A stretch of DNA of 33,324 nt from Candidatus Hydrogenedentota bacterium (GTDB lineage: Bacteria > Hydrogenedentota > Hydrogenedentia > Hydrogenedentales > SLHB01), in the NCBI GenBank assembly GCA_029974275.1, contig JARKSN010000015.1:1-33324 (forward strand), in the 5' to 3' direction. Below, piece by piece: positions 1 to 10,657 of the stretch (its first letter is position 1; every line of letters starts with the position of its first letter). Below the pieces are notes generated by a model, which saw only the letters and a list, made by a program, of their open reading frames with translations, did no database searches and was not told the DNA's origin. Position numbers and translations under genes: made by a program.

Positions 1-309
1 TTCAACGCGCCCGCCTGCATTTCGGAATGCAAACTGGAAAAGAATCGCTCAAATTGCTACCATAAGCTCCCGCTCTCGAGCGGCAGGCAGTCAAGGCACG
101 CCCAAACATAAGCCGAAGCGGGAAAACATGCGCGCATGGCGATCTGTCCGACCTCGCAGGCGCGCCGTATCGGCGGAAAGCGGCAGGGAACTTCTTTTCC
201 CCCGCAAAGATTAGAATTTCTACAGTTCACGGGCTCCGCAGGAAATAACATAACGATGACCGGCGTTCTCGCGGATTACGACGGAAACCTTACAAAATTG
301 GAGTGAATC

Positions 310-720
310 ATGAAGCGTGCATGGAATATTTGCCTGACGATCCTGTTGGCGGCGCCTTTGGGGGCCTGTTCCCAGCCCGGAAAAAAAACCGAAATCCTGG
401 CTCCGCCATCGTCGACAAGCGCTCCCGAAGCATCAAGCTCTTCCGCCGGCGCGGAACCGTCCACCCAAGGCGCCGATGCCTCGGTTGCGAGTCTGGTTGG
501 AAAAACATGGCAATTGGATAAGTTCACGCTCAGCTTCACCTCCGAAAAGGACATGATCGTACGCGGAGGTCCTGTCGATAGCATCGCCCCGAACGGCTTG
601 ACGGCGTCGTATTCGGTGGACAAGGGCATCTTCAAGGCCGTCGCCTTGGGCAAGACCTATACCGGCACGTGGGATGGGACCAACCTGGTGGTTGACGGAC
701 AAGTCGGCATTCGTAAATAG
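310..720 (+). CDS. Hypothetical lipoprotein
   Basis: 136-aa ORF with GGAG RBS; signal peptide with lipobox (LLAAPLGA-C), Ser/Pro/Ala-rich linker, small beta-rich C-terminal domain. Confidence 0.8.
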   Translation: MKRAWNICLTILLAAPLGACSQPGKKTEILAPPSSTSAPEASSSSAGAEPSTQGADASVASLVGKTWQLDKFTLSFTSEKDMIVRGGPVDSIAPNGLTASYSVDKGIFKAVALGKTYTGTWDGTNLVVDGQVGIRK

Positions 721-781
721 CGCACGATGCTTTCGCGGAGGGGGAGACGCAACGTGCTCTATAGGGGGGAGAACGCCGACG

Positions 782-810
782 TTGACTTTTGAAGAGGCGG
801 TGCATACCAT
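782..810 (+). promoter_or_regulatory. Sigma70-type promoter upstream of lpxA
   Basis: TTGACT (782-787), 17-nt spacer, TACCAT (805-810). Confidence 0.6.
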
Positions 811-987
811 GGGCGCGCTTGCCAGCCGTACGGGGTTTCATGTGCCTTTTCCCGTTCTGTCCATGGCATGCGTGTGCATAGGGAAAGACCCAACAACATA
901 AGGCGAAAAGAGGCGGGTCGCCGCACAGCGGGGAAACATCACGGACATCCTCTATTCGCCTGATTCTGAGGAAATTGACGGCAACAT

Positions 988-1779
988 ATGAGCATCCATC
1001 CAACAGCGGTTATCGATCCCAAAGCGGAACTGGCCCCTGACGTGATTGTGGAACCGTTCACGATCATCGGGCCTCATGTGCATATCGATTCCGGGACCGT
1101 TGTCGGGCCCCATTGCGTTTTTACCGGCAGGACCGTTATCGGCAAAAACAACCAGTTCTTCAGCGGATCGCAGATCGGTATCTTGTCCCAAGACCTCAAA
1201 CACAAAAAAGGCCTTATCGGACGCACCGTCATTGGCGATAACAACATGTTTCGCGAGCACGTCACCGTCAGCGCCAGCACCATGTCGAGTTTTGACGACG
1301 ACCATCGCGTCACCTCCATCGGCGACAACTGCTTGTTCATGGCCTATTCCCACGTTGCGCACGATTGCCACGTCGGCAACGCAGTCATCATGGCCAACTG
1401 CGCCGCCCTTTCCGGTCATGTCGACGTCGAAGACAAAGCCACCATCGGCGGTCTGAGCGGCGTCCACCAGGAATGCGTTATCGGCACGATGGCCTTCGTC
1501 GGAGGCATGACCCGCGTCAACAAAGACGTTCCACCCTACATGATTGTCGAAGGCAACCCCGGGCGCTGCCACGGCCCGAATTCCGTCGGACTGCGACGCA
1601 ACGGACTCGACGCCGCTGCGCGCGCCCGCATCAAGACGATGTACAAGATCATGTTTCGCTCCGAACTCAACACCACCCAGGCGCTCCACGAGATCGAAAC
1701 GGCCATCGAGGACAGCGAAGAGCGCAACCACTTCGTCGAATTCGTCCGCAAATCGCTGCGCGGCATTACGTTGCGTTAG
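988..1779 (+). CDS. lpxA: Acyl-ACP--UDP-N-acetylglucosamine O-acyltransferase
   Basis: IHPTAVIDP start, hexapeptide left-handed beta-helix repeats, QDLK, catalytic HVAHDC, GLSGVHQ, DVPPY, NSVGLRR; 263 aa. Confidence 0.93.
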   Translation: MSIHPTAVIDPKAELAPDVIVEPFTIIGPHVHIDSGTVVGPHCVFTGRTVIGKNNQFFSGSQIGILSQDLKHKKGLIGRTVIGDNNMFREHVTVSASTMSSFDDDHRVTSIGDNCLFMAYSHVAHDCHVGNAVIMANCAALSGHVDVEDKATIGGLSGVHQECVIGTMAFVGGMTRVNKDVPPYMIVEGNPGRCHGPNSVGLRRNGLDAAARARIKTMYKIMFRSELNTTQALHEIETAIEDSEERNHFVEFVRKSLRGITLR

Positions 1780-1897
1780 GCGTTTTGCGTTTTTCCGTAA
1801 CCGCTCATGCCCGAATGGGGGGCGGCTTCCTCAATGCCGATAGCATTTTCACAAGCATGCATGCGCCGCGCGCGCCCAAGAGACAAGGAGACGCCTC

Positions 1898-2572
1898 ATG
1901 AAGCGCAGTGAAATCAATGCCCTTATCGAACACGCAAAGACTTTTTTTGCCGAGCATCGGTTTATGCTGCCTCCGTGGGCGTTCTGGGGACCTTCCGACT
2001 GGAAGGGCAAGCGCGAGACCTGCGCCGAGATCGTCGAAAACATGCTGGGATGGGACATCACCGATTTTGGCAGCGGCGATTTTGGCGCTTGCGGTCTCCT
2101 GTTGTTCACCATCCGAAACGGCAATCCCGCGCGCGACAAGAAGCCCTACGCGGAGAAAATCATGATCGTCCGCGAAGAGCAAGAAACTCCCATGCACTTC
2201 CATTGGAGCAAAATGGAAGATATCATCAACCGAGGCGGCGGCAACCTCGTCATCGAGCTGAGCCAATCCACGCCGGACGAGCAGTTCTGCGACAGACCCT
2301 TCAGCGTGACCACCGATGGAATCGCCCACAGCGTGGAGCCCGGAGGCAAGGTCATCCTGACGCCCGGTGAAAGCATCTGCCTCACGCAGGGGCTGTATCA
2401 CCGGTTCTACGGTGAAAAGGGGAAAGGCTTGGTGCTGGTCGGCGAGGTCAGCCAAGTCAACGACGATCGCACCGACAACCGCTTTTACGCGCCCATCGGA
2501 CGTTTCCCCGTCGTCGAGGAAGATGTCGCCCCGAACCATTTGCTCGTCGGGGATTATCCCCGATTTCTATAA
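1898..2572 (+). CDS. D-lyxose/D-mannose family sugar isomerase (cupin)
   Basis: MKRSEIN start, GWDITDFGSG, LFTIRNG, YAEKIM, PMHFHWSKMEDIINRGGG, GEVSQVNDD..DN motifs; AGGAG RBS. Confidence 0.9.
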   Translation: MKRSEINALIEHAKTFFAEHRFMLPPWAFWGPSDWKGKRETCAEIVENMLGWDITDFGSGDFGACGLLLFTIRNGNPARDKKPYAEKIMIVREEQETPMHFHWSKMEDIINRGGGNLVIELSQSTPDEQFCDRPFSVTTDGIAHSVEPGGKVILTPGESICLTQGLYHRFYGEKGKGLVLVGEVSQVNDDRTDNRFYAPIGRFPVVEEDVAPNHLLVGDYPRFL

Positions 2573-2655
2573 TCGGCATCCGCGCGGACCAAAGGGCCGT
2601 TCCAAGCGTTCCAAGACGTGCTTAACGGACGACGGCGTTCGCGAGAAAGCAGACG

Positions 2656-3669
2656 ATGAGACTCGGCATCGGCGTGATAGGCTACGGGTATTGGGGGCCG
2701 AATCTAGCCCGGAACTTCGGCGCGCATCCGGATTGCCTCGTGCGAAGCATTTCGGATCGGAGGCCGGAGCGCCGGGAATTGGCCGGGCGCCATTTTCCGC
2801 ACGCAGCCATCATTGCGGACGATAGCGCGTTGGCCGCAACAGACGTCGATGTCGTGGCAATTGCCACCCCGGCGTGTACGCATTATGAACTTGCCAAGCG
2901 CGCCTTGCAGAACGGCAAGCACGTGTGGATCGAGAAGCCGATGACCTCGAACTCCGATCAGGCCAAGGAATTGGCGGAGCTCGCGGCGTCGCGTGGGTTG
3001 ACGCTGATGGTCGACCATACGTTTTTGTTCACGGGCGCCGTGAGCAAAATGAAAGAAGTCGTCGATGCGGGCGAACTTGGCGGCCTCTATTATTACGATT
3101 CCGTGCGCGTCAATCTCGGCTTGTTTCAGCACGACGTCAACGTCATCTGGGACCTCGCGCCGCACGACCTTTCCATCATGGATCACCTGCTGGGTCCGTC
3201 GGCGCAAGCAGTGTCGGCGCAGGGGCGGGGTCATTTCCACACCGGTCTGGAGGACGTCGCCTACGTCAGCGTGTTCTATCCGGATAACCTCATCGCGCAT
3301 TTCCATGTGAATTGGCTGTCGCCCGTCAAAATACGCCGCACGATCATCGGCGGCTCGAAGCGCATGCTGGTCTGGGACGACCTGAGCCAGGAAGAGAAGA
3401 TCAAAATATACGACAAAGGCATGCAAGTGACGACGATCGAAGGCATTTACAATGTCCTGGCCACGCCGCGCGTCGGCGACATGACGGCCCCGGTCGTTCC
3501 GTTCACCGAAGCGTTATCCGTTGAGGTGGATTATTTCGTGACGTGCGTTCGCGAGAAGAAAATGCCGTTCAACGACGCCCAGGCGGGTCTGCGCGTCGTA
3601 TCGATGCTCGAGGCCACGGACAGGTCCCTGCGCGAAGGCGGACGAATCGTCGAACTGCGGCGGGACTGA
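2656..3669 (+). CDS. Gfo/Idh/MocA family NAD-dependent oxidoreductase (nucleotide-sugar dehydrogenase type)
   Basis: GxGxWG Rossmann motif, HVWIEKP, DLAPHD. Confidence 0.9.
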   Translation: MRLGIGVIGYGYWGPNLARNFGAHPDCLVRSISDRRPERRELAGRHFPHAAIIADDSALAATDVDVVAIATPACTHYELAKRALQNGKHVWIEKPMTSNSDQAKELAELAASRGLTLMVDHTFLFTGAVSKMKEVVDAGELGGLYYYDSVRVNLGLFQHDVNVIWDLAPHDLSIMDHLLGPSAQAVSAQGRGHFHTGLEDVAYVSVFYPDNLIAHFHVNWLSPVKIRRTIIGGSKRMLVWDDLSQEEKIKIYDKGMQVTTIEGIYNVLATPRVGDMTAPVVPFTEALSVEVDYFVTCVREKKMPFNDAQAGLRVVSMLEATDRSLREGGRIVELRRD

Positions 3670-3681
3670 GGCGGGGGAACG

Positions 3682-4158
3682 ATGGAAACATACAATCGGA
3701 TTGCGCCGGACGTTGTGTTGGGCAAGGACGTGAAACTCGCGTGTTTCATCAATGCGTATGGTTGCGTCATCGGCGATAACACGAAGGTGGGGGCTTTCGT
3801 GGAGATTCAGAAGGGAGTGCATATTGGAGCCCGATGCAAGATATCGAGCCACACCTTCATCTGCGAAGGCGTGACGATCGAGGACGAAGTCTTTATCGGC
3901 CATGGCGTTACCTTCATCAACGACAAATTTCCCCGCGCCACCAATCCCGATGGGGCCTTGCAGACGGAGGCCGATTGGGCCGTCGTGCCGGTGCGCGTGG
4001 GGCGCGGGGCGTCGATCGGTTCCGGCACGACAATCCTATGCGGCGTCACCATCGGCGAGCGCGCGATGGTCGGCGCGGGCAGCGTGATTACGCGATCGAT
4101 CGGCCCCGGACAACTGTGGACGGGCAATCCGGCCCGATTCATACGCGGATGCGGCTGA
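3682..4158 (+). CDS. Hexapeptide-repeat N-acetyltransferase (WbpD/WxcM-like)
   Basis: VEIQKG, CKISSHTFICEGVTIED, FINDKFPRA, GNPAR; 12 nt downstream of the oxidoreductase. Confidence 0.88.
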   Translation: METYNRIAPDVVLGKDVKLACFINAYGCVIGDNTKVGAFVEIQKGVHIGARCKISSHTFICEGVTIEDEVFIGHGVTFINDKFPRATNPDGALQTEADWAVVPVRVGRGASIGSGTTILCGVTIGERAMVGAGSVITRSIGPGQLWTGNPARFIRGCG

Positions 4159-4167
4159 CGAACGCTC

Positions 4168-5772
4168 CTACCGAGGCCGAGGCAGCGTCGGCGAAATGTC
4201 CTTGGGCGGCGGCTTGACGGGAAGCAAGTCGTCATAACGGCCAAAATTCATGCTCACGATGGCCCGCAGACGATCGCGAGTGAAAAGAGGCCCTTGGGTA
4301 ATCACGCGCAGTTTCGCATGAAATGCGTTCAGCCCCGGGTCCTCGAAAACGTCCTGCCCCGTACGCAACGATTCCAAATACCCCGAAGGCAGTTCTCGGT
4401 AAAAATGTCCGTGCATGCCCCAACGATCCGGACGAATGCGCGCCAAAAGGGGATCGCAAATCGCGAACGGTTCCACAAGATGAATGCGCGGACCAGCAAA
4501 GAAACCTGCGAACCCCGCGCCCGCCGACGTGGCGACGACCGTCTCGCCGCCAGTGCGCAATGCGATTCCCTCCTGTGCCCATGGATGGTCCATCGGCAAC
4601 GGCACGGTCCGGTTCACGCGGAGCAATCCGGTATATGGGTAATAATTCGCCCGCTCGTCCGTCACCATCTTATCGTCGCGCGTGTCGCCTCGGCCCAACC
4701 CATAGCGGGCATCGCTCAAAAGAGGGGGGAATTGTCCCGCGAACCCCAGTATCATCACGATTGCCGTGAGCGTGATCGCGGGGCTGCGCATATGTACGAT
4801 TGGAACTGCCAACAGCAGGCACATTCCCGCAAGCATGGGGATGCTCAAAAAACGGCCAGACATGAAATCGCCGCCGATCCATACGATGTAAAGCAGGTAC
4901 GACAGCGTTCCCGCCAGAACGAGAAGAAGACGGGAGCGATGAGGGCTGAAACACGCCGCTATACCCCCCAGGGTGATGACAGTCAACGTTGCCGGGTCCA
5001 TGCTCAAGGAATTGGCAAGATAGCAAATCCCCTGCAGGCGAAGAGTCTCTTGCGGCACTCCCGTGATGAGTTTCGCGTATGCCGTGTTGGGAAAGGGGAA
5101 ACCGTAGTACGCAATCGAGAAAAGTTCCCACGCCACAAACGGCGCAAAGGCAAGACCCGCCAGCGCGATCCCTTTCCAGGATCGTTTCGCGACGAGCGCG
5201 GCGGCAATCGCGGGCAAATACAGAAGGAGCGTGTCCATACGATTGAGCGTGGCAAGCCCCGCAATGAAGAAAAGGGCGAAAAAGCGACGATCGGATGTGC
5301 CGTTTCCCAAATAAACAATCAGGAACAGAACCAGCAACAGATGGGAGAGAGGATTCTCAAGGCCCGACGTCGAGAAATCCATGAAGGCCTTGGACGCCGT
5401 CAACGCCGCCGCTGTTAGCGCGACGGAATAGGGAGATTTCGCTGCACGGAAAAACAGAAGCGCCGCCACGCCGAGGGAAAGGGCGCACGACAAGAACATC
5501 GCCGTGAAATGAATCTCGCGGGTGACGAAATACAACGCCGAGAGCAGAAAAAACCAGAGCGGATGCGTGAATACTTGGACGCGCTGATCGACGTTCCACC
5601 GCAGGCCATGGCCATGCACGAAGTTGTCGACGACGCGAAACGTGATGTAGGCGTCGTCCGACAGCCACGCATTGCGCAGCAGGATCACCCCCCAAAAAAG
5701 CAACATGCACCCTGCGACAAATACGCATTGTCGTTCCGCGTCATCGGTGATCCGGAATAATCGCCATGGCAT
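4168..5772 (-). CDS. AftB-like polytopic membrane glycosyltransferase (GT-C type)
   Basis: WLSDDAYITFR..N...GHGLRWN..RVQ.FTHPLW, TSGLENPL, YYGFPFPNTAYAK, GGDFMSGRF motifs; many TM helices. Confidence 0.8.
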   Translation of the reverse strand: MPWRLFRITDDAERQCVFVAGCMLLFWGVILLRNAWLSDDAYITFRVVDNFVHGHGLRWNVDQRVQVFTHPLWFFLLSALYFVTREIHFTAMFLSCALSLGVAALLFFRAAKSPYSVALTAAALTASKAFMDFSTSGLENPLSHLLLVLFLIVYLGNGTSDRRFFALFFIAGLATLNRMDTLLLYLPAIAAALVAKRSWKGIALAGLAFAPFVAWELFSIAYYGFPFPNTAYAKLITGVPQETLRLQGICYLANSLSMDPATLTVITLGGIAACFSPHRSRLLLVLAGTLSYLLYIVWIGGDFMSGRFLSIPMLAGMCLLLAVPIVHMRSPAITLTAIVMILGFAGQFPPLLSDARYGLGRGDTRDDKMVTDERANYYPYTGLLRVNRTVPLPMDHPWAQEGIALRTGGETVVATSAGAGFAGFFAGPRIHLVEPFAICDPLLARIRPDRWGMHGHFYRELPSGYLESLRTGQDVFEDPGLNAFHAKLRVITQGPLFTRDRLRAIVSMNFGRYDDLLPVKPPPKDISPTLPRPR

Positions 5773-5921
5773 GCGATCCCATATCCTTTCAGCCCGGTCG
5801 TGCGCGCCGCCCCTCGCCGCGCTGCGAGCGGCAGTATATCCGGCGCTGCCCGGAAATACACCTCTCCAAGGAACTGCGCTAAGCGGCTCAAGACGCGCGG
5901 TTTATTCTCGCCCTAGGCGTA

Positions 5922-5930
5922 TGGTATGAT
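5922..5930 (+). promoter_or_regulatory. Putative extended -10 promoter for the ftsH operon
   Basis: TGgTATGAT in the divergent intergenic region. Confidence 0.4.
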
Positions 5931-6088
5931 CCAGTAACAGCGTATGCCGCGACTTCGCCGCTGCGGCGAACGCGATTCACGAAAAACGGCCTCTTGTTTT
6001 CCGGCTGGCCACTGCGCGGGAAGAAAAGCGCACAACCCATTGTATATCAGTAGGAAACGCCGGAAAAACGAAGCCGGAAAGAGGTGTA

Positions 6089-8059
6089 TTGTCGCACATG
6101 AACGGTTTTTTCAAAAACGCAGCTCTCTGGGTCATCATCATGATTATGGTGGGCTTGGCCCTGTTCCATCTCAATCCCCCGGCCTCCGCCAAAAAGGAGT
6201 TGGGCCCCGCCGATTTCGAGTCGCAACTCCAGGCGGGCAACATTGACAACGTGGCCATCTCGAAACAGGGCGACCTCTACACGTTTCGCGTGGCCCTTAA
6301 AACCAAAATCGACGCCCAGCAACGCTTCGAATTCATCTACGACGTATTCCCTGACGAATGGCGCGCCAAACTCAACGAACAGGCCATTCGGTTTCGCATA
6401 GCGCCCGAAAGCACATGGCTGACGGCGCTCCTCATCAACGTGCTTCCCCTTGTGCTCATTTTCGGCGTTTTCTGGTTCTTCATGTTCCGCCAAATGCAAG
6501 GAGGCAGCAACAAGGCGCTCTCGTTCGGCAAGAGCCGCGCGCGCCTCACCAGCAGCACGGACAAAGTGGTGACCTTCAACGACGTCGCGGGCGTCGACGA
6601 GGCCAAGGAAGAACTCCAGGAAATCATCGAATTCCTCAAAGACCCCAAAAAATTCTCGCGCCTGGGAGGCAAAATTCCCAAGGGCGTATTGCTGGTCGGT
6701 CCTCCGGGAACGGGCAAGACGCTGTTGGCGCGGGCCGTGGCAGGCGAGGCGCACGCACCCTTTTTCAGCATCAGCGGATCCGATTTCGTCGAAATGTTTG
6801 TGGGCGTCGGCGCCAGCCGCGTGCGCGACCTCTTCCAGCAAGGCCAGAAACATGCGCCGTGCATCATCTTCATCGACGAAATCGACGCCGTAGGAAGGCA
6901 GCGCGGCGCGGGTCTTGGCGGCGGCCACGATGAACGCGAACAGACTTTGAACCAATTGCTGGTCGAGATGGACGGCTTCAGCACCTCCGAAGGCGTTATC
7001 CTGATGGCCGCGACAAACCGTCCCGATGTCCTTGACCGCGCCCTGCTGCGCCCGGGGCGTTTCGACCGCCAGGTGGTTGTCGCCAATCCGGACATCACCG
7101 GCCGCGAACAGATACTCGGCATTCACATTCGCAACAACGGCGTTCCCCTGGCCGAAGACGTCACCCTGCGCACCCTGGCCCGCGGCACCCCAGGCTTCTC
7201 GGGCGCGGACCTCGCCAACATGGTGAACGAGGCCGCCTTATTGGCCGCCCGGCGCGAACAGGATAAAGTGTCGATGCAGGACTTCGAGGACGCCAAGGAC
7301 CGCGTCCTGATGGGGCCCGAACGCCGGAGCCTCGCGCTGAGCGTCGCGGAACGCCGCAACACAGCCTACCACGAAGCGGGACATGTCCTTATCGGACGCC
7401 TCCTCAAAGACGCCGACCCCGTGCACAAGGTGACGATCATTCCCCGCGGCCCATCCCTTGGCGCGACGAGCATGCTGCCCACGGAAGACCGGCACAGTTT
7501 GTCGCGAGCGTATCTGCTGGCAAGCCTGCGAGTGCTGATGGGCGGACGCGCCGCCGAAGAAATCATCTTCAATGAATTTACCAGCGGCGCCGCGGGCGAT
7601 TTGAAGGTCGCCACGGACCGCGCCCACGCCATGGTCTGTGAATGGGGCATGAGCGATCTCGGACCGATATCCTTCGGCACGAACGCGGAGGTGTTCCTGG
7701 GCCGCGACTTCATGAAGGAGCGTCAGTTCAGCGAAGAAACGGCGTCGTCGGTCGACAAGGCCATCCACCGTTTCCTAGAAGAGGCGTATGCCGACGCCAA
7801 AAGCATGCTGACTCGGCACAAGGATTTGCTCACCGCGATCGCCGAGGAATTGTTCGAGCGTGAAACGTTGGATGCAGACGAAATCGACGACATCATCCGC
7901 CGCAGCGGCGGAGCCGATCTGATCCCGCCTCCCCCCGAACCCGCGCCGCCGCAAGAACCGGCCCCAAAACCGGCTGCCGCGCCGCCGCCATCCGTCCCTG
8001 CCGACGTGCCCGATATCGGGAAACTCAAACCGGGCGAAATTGTCCCCGGCACGACATAA
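6089..8059 (+). CDS. ftsH: ATP-dependent zinc metalloprotease FtsH (start may be ATG 6098)
   Basis: Two N-terminal TMs, Walker A GPPGTGKT, Walker B IFIDEID, SRH ([18 protein letters not shown]), HEAGH Zn motif; Pro-rich C-tail. Confidence 0.97.
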   Translation: MSHMNGFFKNAALWVIIMIMVGLALFHLNPPASAKKELGPADFESQLQAGNIDNVAISKQGDLYTFRVALKTKIDAQQRFEFIYDVFPDEWRAKLNEQAIRFRIAPESTWLTALLINVLPLVLIFGVFWFFMFRQMQGGSNKALSFGKSRARLTSSTDKVVTFNDVAGVDEAKEELQEIIEFLKDPKKFSRLGGKIPKGVLLVGPPGTGKTLLARAVAGEAHAPFFSISGSDFVEMFVGVGASRVRDLFQQGQKHAPCIIFIDEIDAVGRQRGAGLGGGHDEREQTLNQLLVEMDGFSTSEGVILMAATNRPDVLDRALLRPGRFDRQVVVANPDITGREQILGIHIRNNGVPLAEDVTLRTLARGTPGFSGADLANMVNEAALLAARREQDKVSMQDFEDAKDRVLMGPERRSLALSVAERRNTAYHEAGHVLIGRLLKDADPVHKVTIIPRGPSLGATSMLPTEDRHSLSRAYLLASLRVLMGGRAAEEIIFNEFTSGAAGDLKVATDRAHAMVCEWGMSDLGPISFGTNAEVFLGRDFMKERQFSEETASSVDKAIHRFLEEAYADAKSMLTRHKDLLTAIAEELFERETLDADEIDDIIRRSGGADLIPPPPEPAPPQEPAPKPAAAPPPSVPADVPDIGKLKPGEIVPGTT

Positions 8060-8158
8060 ATCCCAAAACGAAAAGGAGGGAGGGGCAGGGGGAATGTCTC
8101 CCGTGGTCTTCTTTTTTCTTAAACCGTAGACGCCGCCATTCTCTGCAGGAGTCCCGTC

Positions 8159-8989
8159 ATGGACTTGACGTGCATATCCCCCAATGCCCGGACGTTGGTC
8201 ATGGGCATCGTGAATATCACGCCAGACTCGTTTTATGACGGTGGACGTCACAGCACGCCAGCTCGAGCGGCGGCATACGCGCGCACGTTGATTGCCGACG
8301 GCGCGGACATTCTCGACATCGGCGGCGAATCATCCCGGCCCGGCGCGGAATCCCTATCGGCCGATCGCGAAATCGCCCGCGTGCTGCCGACGCTGGAGCG
8401 TCTTCGCGAGGTGGACGTTCCGATCTCGATCGACACATACCATGCCGATACGGCGCGGCGCGCTTTGGCGGCGGGTGCGACCATGATCAACGACATCACG
8501 GCGCTTCGGGGCGATCCCGCGATGGCGGACGTGATAGCCGAGGCGGGGTGTCCATGCGTGTTGATGCACATGCAGGGCACGCCGCAGACCATGCAGCAAG
8601 AGCCCCGGTACAAGGATATCGTCGACGATCTATGCGCGTTTTTTGACGATCGTCTCCGCTTTGCCGTTGAACGAGGCATCCCCCTTCGCAACATATGGAT
8701 CGATCCGGGCTTCGGGTTTGGCAAATCGCCCGAACATAACTTGACCATGCTGCGGCGGTTGCGCGAATTTCAGCGATTGGGCCGTCCGCTTTTGATCGGT
8801 ACGTCCAACAAGTCTACAATCGGTTTCGTGTTGGGCGGACTCCCGCCGGAGGAACGGACGGAAGGCACCGCTGCCACCGTCGCCATCGCCGTGTTCAACG
8901 GCGCGACGGCAGTCCGCGTGCACGATGTCAAAACCATGGCCCGCGTCGTCCGAGTGAGCGACGCGATTGCAGATCGAGGCGCGATATGA
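8159..8989 (+). CDS. folP: Dihydropteroate synthase
   Basis: MGIVNITPDSFYDGG, DIGGESSRPG, SIDT, DPGFGFGK, RVHDV; conserved ftsH-folP-glmM order. Confidence 0.96.
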   Translation: MDLTCISPNARTLVMGIVNITPDSFYDGGRHSTPARAAAYARTLIADGADILDIGGESSRPGAESLSADREIARVLPTLERLREVDVPISIDTYHADTARRALAAGATMINDITALRGDPAMADVIAEAGCPCVLMHMQGTPQTMQQEPRYKDIVDDLCAFFDDRLRFAVERGIPLRNIWIDPGFGFGKSPEHNLTMLRRLREFQRLGRPLLIGTSNKSTIGFVLGGLPPEERTEGTAATVAIAVFNGATAVRVHDVKTMARVVRVSDAIADRGAI

Positions 8990-10329
8990 GCGAACGGCTT
9001 TTCGGTACGGATGGCATTCGAGGGGTGGCCAACGTCCATCCGATGACGGCGGAACTGGCGCTGCAAGTTGGCCGGGCCGCAGGGCATATTTTTAGAAAAG
9101 AGGACAGGCCCCACACCATCCTCATCGGCAAGGACACGCGACAGTCCGGGTATTTGTTCGAAAATGCCTTGACGGCAGGGCTGTGTTCCATGGGGGTGAA
9201 CGTGCTCCTGGTCGGGCCGCTGCCGACGCCCGGCGTGTCCTACATCATGCGTAGCCTACGCTGCGACGCCGCCATCATGATCAGCGCATCCCACAACGAG
9301 TTCCACTACAACGGCATCAAGTTTTTCGGTCCGGACGGCTTCAAAATTCCCGACGAGGTCGAAGACGAGATCGAGCGCCTCGTCACCTCGAGAACCATCG
9401 ACGAAATTCGCCCGACGGCGGAACGCATCGGTTCTGCACGTCGCATCGACGACGCCGTGGGGCGCTACATCGAGTTCGCCAAAGCGACGTTCCCCAAAGG
9501 CATGCGTCTTGACGGCCTGCGCATTGTGTGCGACTGCGCGCACGGCGCAGCATACAAGGTCGCCCCGAATTGCCTAGCCGAGCTTGGCGCAGAGGTTATC
9601 GCCATCGCGAACCGTCCCAACGGATGCAATATCAACGACAACTGCGGAACCGTCCACCCCAAGGAAATGCGGGCGACGGTCATCCGCGAGCGCGCCAACC
9701 TTGGCATCGCGTTCGACGGCGATGCCGACCGCATTGTCATGGCCGATGAAGAGGGCCGCTTGCTTGATGGAAACGCCTTGCTCACGGTCCTCGGCATCGA
9801 TCTTCTCGAGCGCGACATCTTGCCCGGAAAGGCCATCGTCACGACGATCATGGCCAATGGCGGACTTCAACGCGCGCTTGCGCCGTACGACGGAAAAGTG
9901 CTGTACGCCAAAGTCGGGGACCGCTATGTCGTCGAGGCCATGCGCGAAAACGGTTATATCGTGGGGGGGGAATCCTCCGGCCACATCATCCTCCTCGAGC
10001 ACAACACCACCGGCGACGCCCTCATCACCGCATTGCAGGCGCTCGCTGCGATGATTCGCCGCGATCAGCCCCTTTCCGTTCTTGCCGCCCCCTACCAGCC
10101 CCTTCCGGAGGCTCACGCCAAGGTTCCTCTCAACGGAACCAAACGGCCCGCCGAGGAAATCCTCGATAAAATCCGCCAGAACGCCGAGGCCGAAATCAGC
10201 GGCAAAGGCCGCGTCGTCATCCGCGCCTCCGGCACCGAACCTATCGTGCGCGTCATGGTGCAGCACGACACCCAGCGCACCGCCAACGCGCTTTGCCTCA
10301 AACTCGCGGAACAAGTCCGAGCTTTGTAG
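8986..10329 (+). CDS. glmM: Phosphoglucosamine mutase
   Basis: FGTDGIRG, SASHN phosphoserine loop, DGDADR, GGESSGH, RASGTEP; ATGA overlap with folP. Confidence 0.96.
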   Translation: MSERLFGTDGIRGVANVHPMTAELALQVGRAAGHIFRKEDRPHTILIGKDTRQSGYLFENALTAGLCSMGVNVLLVGPLPTPGVSYIMRSLRCDAAIMISASHNEFHYNGIKFFGPDGFKIPDEVEDEIERLVTSRTIDEIRPTAERIGSARRIDDAVGRYIEFAKATFPKGMRLDGLRIVCDCAHGAAYKVAPNCLAELGAEVIAIANRPNGCNINDNCGTVHPKEMRATVIRERANLGIAFDGDADRIVMADEEGRLLDGNALLTVLGIDLLERDILPGKAIVTTIMANGGLQRALAPYDGKVLYAKVGDRYVVEAMRENGYIVGGESSGHIILLEHNTTGDALITALQALAAMIRRDQPLSVLAAPYQPLPEAHAKVPLNGTKRPAEEILDKIRQNAEAEISGKGRVVIRASGTEPIVRVMVQHDTQRTANALCLKLAEQVRAL

Positions 10330-10377
10330 GCGTTGCCCGGGAAAATCGCGAAGAAGAGGAATCGCCGGGGCCTTCCG

Positions 10378-10386
10378 TGTTATACT
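10378..10386 (+). promoter_or_regulatory. Extended -10 promoter upstream of the transketolase leader
   Basis: TGtTATACT; no clear -35. Confidence 0.5.
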
Positions 10387-10391
10387 CCCCT

Positions 10392-10657
10392 GCGCTGTGC
10401 CTGCACGCAGGCATCTCGCAGTTCGGTCGCGCGAATGAGGCGCGACACGAACTGCACATGCACGGACGCGTGCGCTGGGCGTGAAGATTTTCGGCGAGCC
10501 CCGTGGGGGAAGAATCTTGCCGGCACCCAATGGGTTGGGGCGCGGCGGAGTCACGCTGCGGCACAGCGCCCGAAGGTCCGGATGGCGCACAATAATCGAC
10601 CATGGTCATCCCGGCCGCTCTCGCTCGTCATACAGGGACTGCGTAGCGGAAGCGGCC
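10392..10657 (+). ncRNA. Candidate structured RNA leader, unassigned family
   Basis: 10-bp closing helix 10392-10401/10560-10569, 15-bp hairpin 10418-10455, further hairpins at 10460-10473, 10484-10518, 10526-10539 and 10613-10657. Confidence 0.4.

Noticed and set aside
8070..8120. Possible terminator between ftsH and folP
   Set aside because: Weak GU-rich stem separated from the T-run; conserved operon context
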